Under the pieces are notes generated by a model. It ran no database searches, had not been told where the DNA came from, and saw only the letters and a program-made list of their open reading frames with translations. Below are positions 42,966-52,837 of a DNA stretch of 64,000 nt, one piece after another. Origin of the DNA: an uncultured Christensenellaceae bacterium (lineage in GTDB: Bacteria; Bacillota; Clostridia; Christensenellales; UBA1242); NCBI GenBank assembly GCA_910587225.1, contig CAJULT010000003.1:13855-77854 (forward strand). The letters run 5' to 3'. The translations under genes were made by a program, and so were the position numbers. Numbering within the stretch: position 1 is the first letter of the stretch; each line of letters starts with the position of its first letter.

Positions 42966-43727
42966 TCATGGTCTTTTTATAGGCCTTAAATCCTTCCTTG
43001 CCTTGATTACAAAATTATCAAATCTTTTTTGCAGAGCAATGGTTTCCAAAAGCTCACTCTTTTTCTTGTACTTTTGAATTTCAAACGGCATTGGCTTATC
43101 AAATTGAACGCCGGTAAAATCATAATTGAATCCGCCTATCTCATTCCAATAATGCATTGTGCTGTGAGCCTCGCTTGTCACCTTTTTTATTCTTCCTTTA
43201 AACTTGTCGTACATACAAATGCATATAATTGCACCATGCCCATAGAAAGCATTGTCCTCTCTCCAATTATCCCTGTCCTTTCCATAGCAAGTTTCTTCGC
43301 TGCAATACTTTTTAAACTTGAACGCTTCAAGATAAATCTTAGTACGCTTTAAAGCAACAATGGTTTGCTGATTAAAGAGATTTAATGGACTTTCGGGAAT
43401 CGGTATAACAAGATAGGTCTTCCCCTCAACCCTTGCAAAATATTCACTTTGGTTTGGCATTGGATTAAGCAAGTAATTTTTAAAGCTCTCATTCGCCTTG
43501 CCAAGTGCAATAATCAAATTGGCAGTATCTGAAAGCGAATTAATTAGTTCCACTTTTTTATCTACACCAAGCTCTGAAAGAAATTTTGCAAGAGAAATAT
43601 TAAAGCCGTGCAATTTTATCTGTTTTGCGTCTTCACCCTTAATTTCTATATCGGCTTTGCTTGCAGCAATAACCACCTCGCCGCAACCTGCCGAAAGCAT
43701 TACAATATCATTTTCAAGTTCTTTCAT
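42966..43727 (-). CDS. Hypothetical protein (253 aa counted from MKELEND)
   Basis: ORF with no recognisable motif. The start is set at ATG 43727, which lies 6 nt downstream of TGtTACAAT. Confidence 0.6.
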   Translation of the reverse strand: MKELENDIVMLSAGCGEVVIAASKADIEIKGEDAKQIKLHGFNISLAKFLSELGVDKKVELINSLSDTANLIIALGKANESFKNYLLNPMPNQSEYFARVEGKTYLVIPIPESPLNLFNQQTIVALKRTKIYLEAFKFKKYCSEETCYGKDRDNWREDNAFYGHGAIICICMYDKFKGRIKKVTSEAHSTMHYWNEIGGFNYDFTGVQFDKPMPFEIQKYKKKSELLETIALQKRFDNFVIKARKDLRPIKRP

Positions 43728-43965
43728 GACTTTATTGTAACACATATAAAGCAAATTACGCAATTATTTAGTAAAATTGATTAAAAATTTTTTACTATTT
43801 GTTACGCTTTTCCCATATATTAGCTTAAAAGAGGACGATTTTAGATTCTAAGAGAAAAAATATATCGCGCGTTTTTAGTTGTCTTTTATTCAAATATTTG
43901 TTAATATAGTAAGACAAAGCATAACAAAACAATCAATATGTCCAAATTCAAGGAGGAAATTTTAA

Positions 43966-44793
43966 ATGATAAAAATTTTTGTAGATACTGGAAGCAGCAT
44001 TAAACAAGAAGAAAAAAATAACTATGATATAGAGCTTATTCCCCTTCTATACCGCATGGGAGAAGAGGAGTATCAGGACGGAATAGACCTTACAATAGAT
44101 GAGTTTTATAACAAACTTATAGGTGAGAAACTTTTCCCAAAAACCTCACTTCCAGAACTCGAAAAATTAAAAGAACAGGTAACAAAATGCACAGACGAGG
44201 GAGATGACGTTATCATTATTACCATCTCATCAAAGATTTCGGGAACAAATAACGCTATCAAGCTCATGTTTGAAGATAATGACAAAGTTCATGTAATCGA
44301 CTCTATGCTTGCCGTCGGAGGGATGAGGCTTATAGTTGAAGAGATCAACAAATATCGCGACCAAAGCATTCAAACAATTTTGGAAAAAGTTGATGCTCTC
44401 ATTCCTAGAATAAGAGTACTTGCAATTCCTGAAACGCTTGACTACCTTTTCAAAGGTGGACGTCTCTCTAAACTTGAATGGTTGGTAGGAAGCCTTCTCA
44501 ACATTAAGCCTATCATCACCTTTGTAGATGGAAATGTTAAAGTTGACGCTAAGAAGATTGGGCTTGCAAACTCTATGAAATATATCGCAGGCGAACTAAA
44601 CCGTGAGGCAGATCCAAGCTACCACATTATTCCTTCATACACCTACAAAGATAATAATCTTAAAAAGCTCATTGCACTTACAAATAAATCGCTTTATAGA
44701 TCAATGACTGAGTTTGACAACCTTGATCCAGTTATTGCATGTCACTGGGGTCCAAACGCATTTGGATTCATCTATGTAAAAAAGGAGAACTAG
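43966..44793 (+). CDS. DegV family fatty-acid-binding protein (FakB-like)
   Basis: 275 aa with a DegV-like N-terminus (IKIFVDTGSSI) and GGRLSK motif. SD AAGGAGGA. Confidence 0.85.
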   Translation: MIKIFVDTGSSIKQEEKNNYDIELIPLLYRMGEEEYQDGIDLTIDEFYNKLIGEKLFPKTSLPELEKLKEQVTKCTDEGDDVIIITISSKISGTNNAIKLMFEDNDKVHVIDSMLAVGGMRLIVEEINKYRDQSIQTILEKVDALIPRIRVLAIPETLDYLFKGGRLSKLEWLVGSLLNIKPIITFVDGNVKVDAKKIGLANSMKYIAGELNREADPSYHIIPSYTYKDNNLKKLIALTNKSLYRSMTEFDNLDPVIACHWGPNAFGFIYVKKEN

Positions 44794-44797
44794 ACAA

Positions 44798-45664
44798 ATG
44801 AAGACCGTCAAGATTATCACTGACTCCAACTCGGGCATTTCCCAAGCGGAAGCTGAAAAACTGGGCATAATCGTTATCCCAATGCCATTTACTATTAACG
44901 ACCAAGAATATTTAGAAGAAATTTCAATCTCGCAACAACAGTTTTATGAGTTTTTAAGCCAAGATGCCGAAGTTAAAACCAGCCAACCTTCAAAATTCTA
45001 TTTGGAAGAGCTGTGGAAAAAAACTCTTAAAACTTGCGATGAAATAGTGTACATACCTATGTCTAGCGGTCTAAGCGCCACCTGCGAAAATGCCAAAATT
45101 TATGCTCAAAAGTTTGAGGGAAAAGTTCAGGTTGTGGACAACCTTAGAATTTCAGTTACTCAAAAGGAAAGCGTAATGCAGGCGATAAAACTAGTAAGCG
45201 AAGGCAAGGACGCAGTTGCTGTTAGAGCGCAACTAGAACGCACAAAAGATGTTGCCTCTATTTACATAATGCTATCAGTTTTAAAATATTTGAAAAAGGG
45301 TGGAAGAATTTCCCCTACTGCTGCGGCGCTTGGTGACATGTTTAAGCTTAAACCTATACTTTATAGTCGCGGCGGAAGCTTTGAAAAGTTTGCTGTGGCA
45401 TTCTCACTTGGACAAGCTAAACAAAAAATGCTGGCGCAGATAGAAACCGAGCTTAACAGCGAGTTTAAAAACTATTATGAAAGCGGACATATGGCGGTTT
45501 CAGTAGCGCACACTTGCAACGCCTTTGAAGCAGAGAAATTTAAAGAAGAAATTATTGCAAAATTCCCTAAACTTAAATTCCATTACGTTGACGCACTTTC
45601 ACTTAGCGTAAGTTGTCATATCGGACCTGGCTCTCTTGCCGTTGCTCTTGCATTATGCGATTAA
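44798..45664 (+). CDS. DegV family fatty-acid-binding protein (FakB-like)
   Basis: 288 aa. Motifs VKIITDSNSGIS and KKGGRISP. Tandem with the previous paralog. Confidence 0.85.
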   Translation: MKTVKIITDSNSGISQAEAEKLGIIVIPMPFTINDQEYLEEISISQQQFYEFLSQDAEVKTSQPSKFYLEELWKKTLKTCDEIVYIPMSSGLSATCENAKIYAQKFEGKVQVVDNLRISVTQKESVMQAIKLVSEGKDAVAVRAQLERTKDVASIYIMLSVLKYLKKGGRISPTAAALGDMFKLKPILYSRGGSFEKFAVAFSLGQAKQKMLAQIETELNSEFKNYYESGHMAVSVAHTCNAFEAEKFKEEIIAKFPKLKFHYVDALSLSVSCHIGPGSLAVALALCD

Positions 45665-45667
45665 AAA

Positions 45668-45693
45668 ACTCACCCTTTGGTGAGTTTTTTTTT
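45668..45693. terminator. Bidirectional terminator
   Basis: ACTCACC (45668-45674) cttt GGTGAGT (45679-45685), then T9. Confidence 0.8.
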
Positions 45694-46342
45694 ATTTTGC
45701 AAGCAAATAACTTTTATCTATCAAATCAAAAATAACTTTATTTTTCAACCGTCCGTCAAGAGGAATAGTTATCCAGCTTTTTTTGTTCATATGGTAGCCG
45801 GGCAGTATGTTTACTCCATCAACTACACTTAAATCATTATTTCGTATATCAATTACTTCCAGTTTTTCATTACCTTCAAAGCCAAGTTTATTCTTGGCAA
45901 CAGTTAAAATTGCACCAAACCACTTGCCGCCATCCACTCTGCGCCAAATCGCGTTTTCGGGGAACTTTTCCCAAAGATATTCAAGCTGGCAGTTGTATTT
46001 TTTATTTACGTAATCAATTATTTCAAGTGCTTGTTCACTTTGAAAAATGCACTTTTTGAAACAAGCGGAAATAATTTTGTCCATTAGCGTTTCGCACTTT
46101 GCATTAATCTCTCCGATAAAACCGCCCTGCGCATCTTTAACATAGAATAGTGACCACCGCTCGCCTGTTTCACTTTCTAAAACATCAATGCTTAAACTAT
46201 CTTCACTGACCGACACCTTTGCTTCAAACTCGTCGTCTAGTATTTGCGTAAATTCATACTTCGAACCTAAATCCACAAAGCCAAAAGATTGAAGCTTATC
46301 AAACTCACATTTATAATGTTTGTATTTATTTAAATCAATCAT
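45692..46342 (-). CDS. MmcQ/YjbR-family protein with N-terminal extra domain
   Basis: The C-terminal half (WFGAILTV...PGYHMNKKSWITIPLDG) is YjbR-like. The start is set at MIDLNKY (SD AGAGAGG). Confidence 0.65.
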   Translation of the reverse strand: MIDLNKYKHYKCEFDKLQSFGFVDLGSKYEFTQILDDEFEAKVSVSEDSLSIDVLESETGERWSLFYVKDAQGGFIGEINAKCETLMDKIISACFKKCIFQSEQALEIIDYVNKKYNCQLEYLWEKFPENAIWRRVDGGKWFGAILTVAKNKLGFEGNEKLEVIDIRNNDLSVVDGVNILPGYHMNKKSWITIPLDGRLKNKVIFDLIDKSYLLAK

Positions 46343-46445
46343 AACAACCTCTCTTTCTAAGTATATCACAACTTAATATTTTTTGATAGCATATGTATAG
46401 TTAATTTATTTTTCGTTAAACATTTAAGCATTACGGGAGGTAAAT

Positions 46446-47681
46446 ATGAATCCGTTTGAACAAAAATCGGGCAAGGTGGAAGACTATTTTCTAAATTGGG
46501 ACCAAATGTATCCAAAAGCTTATGACAAAAATAAAGTTTCACCATACACAAAAGTTAGAATAATTCTCATGAATGGAACTGAGTTTGAGTCCAACTGGTT
46601 TTTACATCAGTTTGCAAGAAACTGCAATGACAACAACCTAAGGCGCGAAATTGCACTTGTTCGCAATCAAGAACAGCAGCAACAAAAGCGTATTAGCTGC
46701 CTCAAACCTATCAATGAAAATATGCTTGAAGAAACTATTGCCTACGAGCAGCTTGCCATTGACCTAACAGCAATTTTAGCTCAAAATGAAAAAGATGCGA
46801 CCGCCAAAGCAGCGCTCGACTTTGCTCTGCTTGAAGATTTTGACCATTTATATAGGTTTGCTAACCTACTCAAAATGGACTACGGCATTGACGCAGATGT
46901 CATGGTAGGAAAGTATACCGAAATTATGCCGGGCAGACCTACAATAAATGAACATCGCTACCCTATAGACAACGTTCGCGCTCACATGAACGCTAAAAAG
47001 GCAGACGGCTATACCAAGCTTGTTGGCGGCATAATCACAGCTGCCGAGCAGCAGACTATGAACTTTTATATGAATATGGCACAAATGTACAAAAACCACT
47101 TGGGCAGAAAACTTTTTAGTGAAATCGCCATGGTGGAAGAGGAACATGTTACTCAATATGAAAGCTTAAAAGACCCTAACTGCAGCTGGCTTGAACAATG
47201 GGTTATGCATGAGTATACCGAGTGTTATCTCTACTACTCCTGCATGGAAGATGAGAGTGACGAGTATATCAAAAACATCTGGAAAGAGCATTTTGAAATG
47301 GAAGTCGCTCACCTCAAACGCGCAACCGAGCTTCTTGAAAAATATGAGAACAAGAAAGCTAAAGATGTTATTCCAAAGCCAGCTTTTCCACAACTTTTAA
47401 AGTTCGGCGAAAACAAAAAGTATATTCGCGAGGTTTTAAAAACTGTGGGTTATACTTCGGTGAAAGAAAAATATGTTCCTGCCAGCGAGCTTGCTCCTGA
47501 TTTTAGATTCTTTACTCACCTTAAACATACCAATATTAAACCTGAAAAAGTGGCAAGTCACCTTGTTATCGAAAAGTATATCAAAAAGTTTGGCAAAGAT
47601 TACCGCTATGAAGATGCTAAACATCCTATTAAAGAACTTCAAGACCGTAAACATGACAATGTCACCGCGGGGACAAAATAA
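46446..47681 (+). CDS. Ferritin-like / di-iron-carboxylate-type protein, function unknown
   Basis: 411 aa. E..H pairs (MVEEEH, EMEVAH) suggest a ferritin-like four-helix bundle. SD GGGAGG. Confidence 0.45.
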   Translation: MNPFEQKSGKVEDYFLNWDQMYPKAYDKNKVSPYTKVRIILMNGTEFESNWFLHQFARNCNDNNLRREIALVRNQEQQQQKRISCLKPINENMLEETIAYEQLAIDLTAILAQNEKDATAKAALDFALLEDFDHLYRFANLLKMDYGIDADVMVGKYTEIMPGRPTINEHRYPIDNVRAHMNAKKADGYTKLVGGIITAAEQQTMNFYMNMAQMYKNHLGRKLFSEIAMVEEEHVTQYESLKDPNCSWLEQWVMHEYTECYLYYSCMEDESDEYIKNIWKEHFEMEVAHLKRATELLEKYENKKAKDVIPKPAFPQLLKFGENKKYIREVLKTVGYTSVKEKYVPASELAPDFRFFTHLKHTNIKPEKVASHLVIEKYIKKFGKDYRYEDAKHPIKELQDRKHDNVTAGTK

Positions 47682-47691
47682 AAGCGAGTTA

Positions 47692-48915
47692 TTACTCGCT
47701 TTTTTCAACCGCCTGTAATTTCGTTTTAAGTACAATCCTATTGTTGTTTGCTTTGAATTTTACCAATCTTATTATTACAAAAGCAGTTATTGCAAGAATT
47801 GTTTCTGTTATCTGCCCTATCCCAGTACAGAACGCTGATAGTAAAAAGGTCGAAATGAGAAACCTTACTGCCTGTCCAAATAGGTTAAGAATTGAACTAA
47901 GGGTGGCAGAATATTCAAGTTGAATATAAGCTGCATAAATGGTGTAAATCGGATTTAGTATCATATCAAGAGCGTCAAAGGATAGGTACAAAAGCAATAG
48001 CTCCAAACGCACATTATATATGCTGAATAGTGAGAATGCCATAGCGAAAATCGAAAGTAGTAAAACTGAAATATAAATGTATGACTGCCTAAACAATTTC
48101 TTATAATCATCTCTCCCCTTAGCAATATCAACTTCTACAACTGTATCCATAGCGCCAGTCATATCCCATTGAATATCACAGCATAATATTGATAAATTTA
48201 GCGCTGCCATGTATTGCTCACCCATTGCAAAAGCGTTCTGCAAGCCAAAAAGATAGGAAAGCATCATCAGCGTATAGCTTGTGATTTGTGCCGCTTGATA
48301 TCTAAAATTTCTATATAGCTTTAAATCAAATTTAAACTTTGGGAAATTCTTAACATACAAAACAATTAAATATACAAGCACAGGAACAATGGATAATAGT
48401 AGCCCCAAATAGATGTTAATGTTTTTAAATATAAGCACGCCTACAATTAAGCAAACAAAAGCGGTTAAGTTTAGTAGCGCCATGTGAATTGTGGCTTTTG
48501 ATTCTCTATCTTCGTAATACCATTTCTGAGCCAGAAAGTATAGATACATTTGTAAGGTCATAAAAATTATCGCATATATTACATAAGGCTTATACAACTG
48601 CACATCTAGTCCGTAAAAAATAAGGTACTTATCAACAAGGATAATAGGAATTAACATAATAATAGTTGAAAATATAAGCCCCCAAAAAAGAGAATTTCCA
48701 ACTGCGTTTTCATCTTTTTCCTTTTCTTTGCGGATATTCGCACCAACGCCAAAAAAGTAAATCATCACCCACATAGCGCATTGAAGGGAATATGTAATGG
48801 AAAAAACATTGGCAATACGACTATCGCCCACGATGATAGCAAGTAGTAGCCAACTTATAATAGGAGTAATTGAACAGACTAATATTCCGCCGCCTATTTT
48901 AAAATATCTTTTCAT
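47692..48915 (-). CDS. Polytopic membrane protein (about 12 TM, flippase/exporter-like)
   Basis: 407 aa, hydrophobic throughout. No SD; a consensus promoter abuts the ATG. Confidence 0.6.
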   Translation of the reverse strand: MKRYFKIGGGILVCSITPIISWLLLAIIVGDSRIANVFSITYSLQCAMWVMIYFFGVGANIRKEKEKDENAVGNSLFWGLIFSTIIMLIPIILVDKYLIFYGLDVQLYKPYVIYAIIFMTLQMYLYFLAQKWYYEDRESKATIHMALLNLTAFVCLIVGVLIFKNINIYLGLLLSIVPVLVYLIVLYVKNFPKFKFDLKLYRNFRYQAAQITSYTLMMLSYLFGLQNAFAMGEQYMAALNLSILCCDIQWDMTGAMDTVVEVDIAKGRDDYKKLFRQSYIYISVLLLSIFAMAFSLFSIYNVRLELLLLYLSFDALDMILNPIYTIYAAYIQLEYSATLSSILNLFGQAVRFLISTFLLSAFCTGIGQITETILAITAFVIIRLVKFKANNNRIVLKTKLQAVEKSE

Positions 48916-48922
48916 AACGTCA

Positions 48923-48951
48923 ATTATATTTTCTTATGCGATATTTGTCAA
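48923..48951 (-). promoter_or_regulatory. Consensus promoter placed for a leaderless transcript
   Basis: On the minus strand: TTGACA (48946-48951), 17-nt spacer, TATAAT (48923-48928), then 7 nt to ATG (48915). Confidence 0.6.
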
Positions 48952-48977
48952 ATCAACAAAGAAAAAAGCCCTATAAA

Positions 48978-51014
48978 TTAGGACTTTTTATTTGGTTTGT
49001 ATTTTAACGCACGCAAGCTATTTAATATTGCAAGTAGTGTTACTCCCACATCAGCAAAAACAGCTGCAAGCATGCCAGTCACGCCACAAGCACCAAGCAC
49101 AAGAAAAACTAATTTCACAAGCGCTGAAACGCCAATGTTTTCCCATACTATCTTACGGGTATACTTTGAAATCTTGATTGCCGACACGACTTTTTCAGGA
49201 TTGTCATCGACAAGAACGATATCGGAAGCCTCCTTGCTTGCACTATTGCCCGCAAGCCCCATGCTTATACCTACATTTGCAAGGCTTAGCGCGGGCGCGT
49301 CATTAAGTCCGTCGCCTACATACCCTACACAGTTTCCTTTTCTTTTTTGATACTCTTCAATATAAGCAAATTTATCCTGAGGCAAAAGCGAATGCTTCAA
49401 CTCATCAACTTGGACAAGCTGTGCGACTTTCTTAGCGCTCTGCTCATTGTCACCAGTAAGCATTACCGATTTGACGTTCATGGCTCTAAGTCCTTCGCAA
49501 GCACTAAGAGCAGTCTGCTTAACTTCATCGCTGAGAGTTATTTGCCCAATAAGTTTTTCTTCTTCAAAAACTTCAACAACGGTGTTTTTAAGATTTTTTG
49601 TTTTTCTTCCAACAAAATATGCTTTCTTTTTATAAACAAAAGACACTCCCTCGCCTGCTTTTTCGCTGAATGAATTTACTTTTCCAAGTTTTTTAAGATT
49701 TGCTTTTGTAATCGCTACTCCTAAAGGATGAATTGAATACTGCTCTCCAAGCGCAGCAAGATATAAAATGTCCTCTTGCGATTTTTTCTTATCAAAACTT
49801 TCTATCTTTTCAATTTTAAATTTGCCAGTGGTGAGAGTTCCAGTTTTGTCAAACGCAACTAAGTTCACCTTCGCACATGCATCAAGTATTGCCGAGCCTT
49901 TAATCAAAATCCCATGTTTTGATGCATTACCAAGCCCAGAAAAATATGATAAGGGAACTGATATTGCAAACGCACAAGGACATGACACAACAAGGAAGAT
50001 AAGCCCGCGATAAAGCGCTTCGGAAAACTGCCCTGTCACTGCCCATACAATACCCCATACGCTCAAAGCAAGGATGATTACACCAAGCGTATACCACTTG
50101 GTAATTTTTGAAATGGTGGTTTCAGTTTTTGATTTTTTATCTTGCGCAAGCTCCATTAAGTCTAGTATTTTAGATGCTGTACTTTCGGAATACTTCTTGG
50201 TTGTTCGGATTTTAATAACACCATCCAAGTTTATACACCCTGACATCACTTCATCGCCGCACCTAACCCTCTCAGGCAAGCTTTCACCTGTTAAACTTTG
50301 TTTATCTAAGGAAGCCTCTCCTTCAATAATTATACCATCCAGTGCTATTTTCTCACCCGCTTTCACTATAATAACTTGCCCTACTTCCACCTCGCTCGGC
50401 GAAACTCTTTTTTCGTTTTCACCATCAACCAAAACAGCATATTCAGGTTGCAGCGATGAAAGTGCTGCAATAGATCTTCGAGACTTTTCAACCGCAAGCC
50501 CTTCCAAAAGTTTTCCGATAGAATACAGAGCAACCACCATAAGCGCCTCCATATGTTCGCCTATCGCAGCTGCGCCAACAACTGAAATCGTTATTAAAAG
50601 GTTTTCATTAATCACGCCCTTAAACAATAATCTAACTGCTTTATAATAGGTTTTATACCCCATCATAAGCGCACTCACTACAAACAGCGACCAAAATAGC
50701 CATGTTGGCATCTTAATAAACAGTACACAAAGCCCCACACCTATGCCTAAAATAAGTAAAGCAAGGTCAATAAAAAACTTTGCATTGACTGACGCCTTTT
50801 TTATTCCTATATCTTTAACAATAGCATTAGGTTCTATTTGTTTAGTAAGGCTAACAATTTCTTTCGCTTTATCTTCTTCACTTTCATAAGATAGACGCGA
50901 TTTCAAAAAGTCTATCTGTGCATTACATACACCAGATATTTTATTTATCTCACCCTCTAACGCTTTTGCACAGTTTGGACAATCCAAGCCTTCAATTTTC
51001 AGCTGTCTTTTCAT
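48978..51014 (-). CDS. cadA: Heavy-metal (Cd/Zn/Co-type) P1B-ATPase
   Basis: 678 aa. N-terminal HMA domain with CPNC, then TM CPC, DKTGTLT and GDGLNDAPAL. Confidence 0.9.
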   Translation of the reverse strand: MKRQLKIEGLDCPNCAKALEGEINKISGVCNAQIDFLKSRLSYESEEDKAKEIVSLTKQIEPNAIVKDIGIKKASVNAKFFIDLALLILGIGVGLCVLFIKMPTWLFWSLFVVSALMMGYKTYYKAVRLLFKGVINENLLITISVVGAAAIGEHMEALMVVALYSIGKLLEGLAVEKSRRSIAALSSLQPEYAVLVDGENEKRVSPSEVEVGQVIIVKAGEKIALDGIIIEGEASLDKQSLTGESLPERVRCGDEVMSGCINLDGVIKIRTTKKYSESTASKILDLMELAQDKKSKTETTISKITKWYTLGVIILALSVWGIVWAVTGQFSEALYRGLIFLVVSCPCAFAISVPLSYFSGLGNASKHGILIKGSAILDACAKVNLVAFDKTGTLTTGKFKIEKIESFDKKKSQEDILYLAALGEQYSIHPLGVAITKANLKKLGKVNSFSEKAGEGVSFVYKKKAYFVGRKTKNLKNTVVEVFEEEKLIGQITLSDEVKQTALSACEGLRAMNVKSVMLTGDNEQSAKKVAQLVQVDELKHSLLPQDKFAYIEEYQKRKGNCVGYVGDGLNDAPALSLANVGISMGLAGNSASKEASDIVLVDDNPEKVVSAIKISKYTRKIVWENIGVSALVKLVFLVLGACGVTGMLAAVFADVGVTLLAILNSLRALKYKPNKKS

Positions 51015-51379
51015 TTTTGCCCCTCACGCACATGCTCTAACGTGATTTCAAACACCTGACGCACGTGTTTATCAGCAAGAGAGTAGAAAACCTCTTTCCC
51101 CTCTTTGCGACTTTTGATAAGCTGCATTTCTTTTAGGTTTTTAAGCTGATGAGATACTGCAGACTTTGTCATATTTAAAATAGCAGATATGTCACACACA
51201 CATAAATCACCGTTATCTAAAAGATTGATTATTTTCACTCTAGTGCTGTCCGCCATAGCCTTATAAAAATCGGCAATAGAAATCAGCGTGTCATCATCAA
51301 GCATTTCTTTCTTTGCATTATCCACCATGTCGCCATGTATAATATTGCAGTCGCAACCGCGACAAGAACAACTTCCCAT
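51011..51379 (-). CDS. cadC: ArsR/SmtB-family metalloregulator (CadC-like)
   Basis: 122 aa. Contains the ELCVCDI-type motif (DLCVCDI) and a wHTH. It has an ATGA overlap with the ATPase gene. SD GGAGGA. Confidence 0.85.
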   Translation of the reverse strand: MGSCSCRGCDCNIIHGDMVDNAKKEMLDDDTLISIADFYKAMADSTRVKIINLLDNGDLCVCDISAILNMTKSAVSHQLKNLKEMQLIKSRKEGKEVFYSLADKHVRQVFEITLEHVREGQK

Positions 51380-51396
51380 AATTTTCCTCCATTATT

Positions 51397-51416
51397 AGTT
51401 GAATATTTATTCAACT
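51397..51416. promoter_or_regulatory. Candidate CadC operator (perfect 9-2-9 inverted repeat)
   Basis: AGTTGAATA tt TATTCAACT, 18 nt upstream of the cadC start. ArsR/SmtB operators are TTCA/TGAA-containing inverted repeats with a 2-bp centre. Confidence 0.6.
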
Positions 51417-51508
51417 GTTATAAGTATATTCATAACATCATCCTTTGTCAACAAAAATTTCAAAGTTTTTATATTTTCTTTTTCCCTTTTCTAAACATAC
51501 ATATATCT

Positions 51509-52357
51509 ATGAAAGAATTACAATCTAAAGAGTTTTTAATAAGCGACCTTACTACATATAAAAATATTGGCAGCGTTAAATGCGTATACTGCCCGTCAAG
51601 CCAAGCTCAGCTCAAAGAACTTGTTTTTAAACTTGAACAAGAGAATACAAAATTTTTAGTTATAGGCAAGGGCAGCAATCTGCTTATTTCTCCCAAAACA
51701 AAAACTGCTATCATATCCACTAAGAACCTTAAAAGTTTCACTAGGTTTAATGGCTCTACCCTTACAGCCTCCGCATCTTGCACCCTATCGCAACTATATA
51801 TGTTATGCAAAAATCAAGGACTTTCAGGCTTTGAAAAATTAGCGCTCATTCCCGGGAGCTTGGGCGGCGCACTCAAAATGAACGCCTCCTGCTTTGGCGA
51901 CAGCATTTATGATCATCTAATTGAAGTTAAAGTTTTACATAATGGCAAAATTTCTCGCATTAAAAGGGACGCTATTCAAACTGAATATCGCCATGCCAAC
52001 ATAGAGGGAATTATACTTTCCGCAAAATTCAGCCTTGCGCCAAAATCAGAAAAAGAAATCAATGACACTTTTACCTTCTGCCTTCAAAAGAGATTAGCCT
52101 CTCAGCCGCAAGGATTTAGCTGTGGTAGCGTATTTAAAAATCCTGCTAGCGATTATGCAGGCAGGTTACTTGAAGAGTGCGGGTTAAAAGGTAAGCGAAT
52201 AGGAAAAGCGCAGGTATCTGAAAAGCATGCAAACTTTATTATAAACCTCGGCGGCGCTACCTTTGAAGATATAAAAAAACTGATTGAACTATGTCAATCA
52301 GCCGTTTATGAACATTTTAATATTCAACTTGAAACTGAAGTCAAAATTATTGAATGA
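51509..52357 (+). CDS. murB: UDP-N-acetylenolpyruvoylglucosamine reductase
   Basis: 282 aa counted from MKELQSKEF. It has an FAD-binding N-terminal half and the C-terminal GSVFKNP and SEKHANFIIN blocks. The track ORF's 5' extension overlaps cadC and its promoter. Confidence 0.85.
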   Translation: MKELQSKEFLISDLTTYKNIGSVKCVYCPSSQAQLKELVFKLEQENTKFLVIGKGSNLLISPKTKTAIISTKNLKSFTRFNGSTLTASASCTLSQLYMLCKNQGLSGFEKLALIPGSLGGALKMNASCFGDSIYDHLIEVKVLHNGKISRIKRDAIQTEYRHANIEGIILSAKFSLAPKSEKEINDTFTFCLQKRLASQPQGFSCGSVFKNPASDYAGRLLEECGLKGKRIGKAQVSEKHANFIINLGGATFEDIKKLIELCQSAVYEHFNIQLETEVKIIE

Positions 52358-52820
52358 ATTTAAGTTCTCTTTTCCACTCCTCAATATCAAATCGTGGGTT
52401 TGCGGAACTTGTAGAGGACAAGCATATTATTTGTACATCAGACCTTAAAGCATCTTTTAAAAGGTTAAAGGCAGCCTTGCCATTACATATAATCTTTTCC
52501 ACCTTTGTATTTGGTGGCAATAGAAAATCTATGCTTGCAACTTTATAGTTCGACTTGATTAAGCTCTCATCTGCCGAACCTATTATATCGCTTTCCAATA
52601 TAGCATCATAAAGCGCTATATGATTTTTATGCAAAAATCGTTTCTTTTCTTCTATGTTGTCATCTATTTCTTCCTCAAAGCAGATAGACAGCATCTTCCA
52701 AAATCTATTTTGCTTGTTCCCATAATAGAACCCTTGCTCCCTACTTTTCACACTAGGAAAGCTGCCAACTATAAGCACCCGACTTGCGCTATCATAAACC
52801 GGTTCAAAGCCTTGAAACAT
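52347..52820 (-). CDS. UDG-superfamily DNA glycosylase (family 6 / hypoxanthine-DNA glycosylase-like)
   Basis: Motif LIVGSFPSVKSREQGFYYGNKQNRFW. The start is probably MFQGFEP (52820); an alternative ATG at 52838 overlaps the galE stop. Confidence 0.7.
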   Translation of the reverse strand: MFQGFEPVYDSASRVLIVGSFPSVKSREQGFYYGNKQNRFWKMLSICFEEEIDDNIEEKKRFLHKNHIALYDAILESDIIGSADESLIKSNYKVASIDFLLPPNTKVEKIICNGKAAFNLLKDALRSDVQIICLSSTSSANPRFDIEEWKRELKFIQ

Positions 52821-52837
52821 TTCCACACCTTTCTCCA

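Noticed and set aside
49347-50646. Plus-strand ORFs inside the P-type ATPase gene (for example 50074-50646, 190 aa); similar antisense ORFs occur in galE (53047-53488), gltX and typA
   Set aside because: They lie opposite strongly motif-supported genes, are low-complexity, and have no SD, so they are shadow ORFs.
51335-51508. 58-codon N-terminal extension of the murB ORF
   Set aside because: It overlaps the cadC start, its SD and the operator palindrome. The MurB-like sequence begins at MKELQSKEF (51509).
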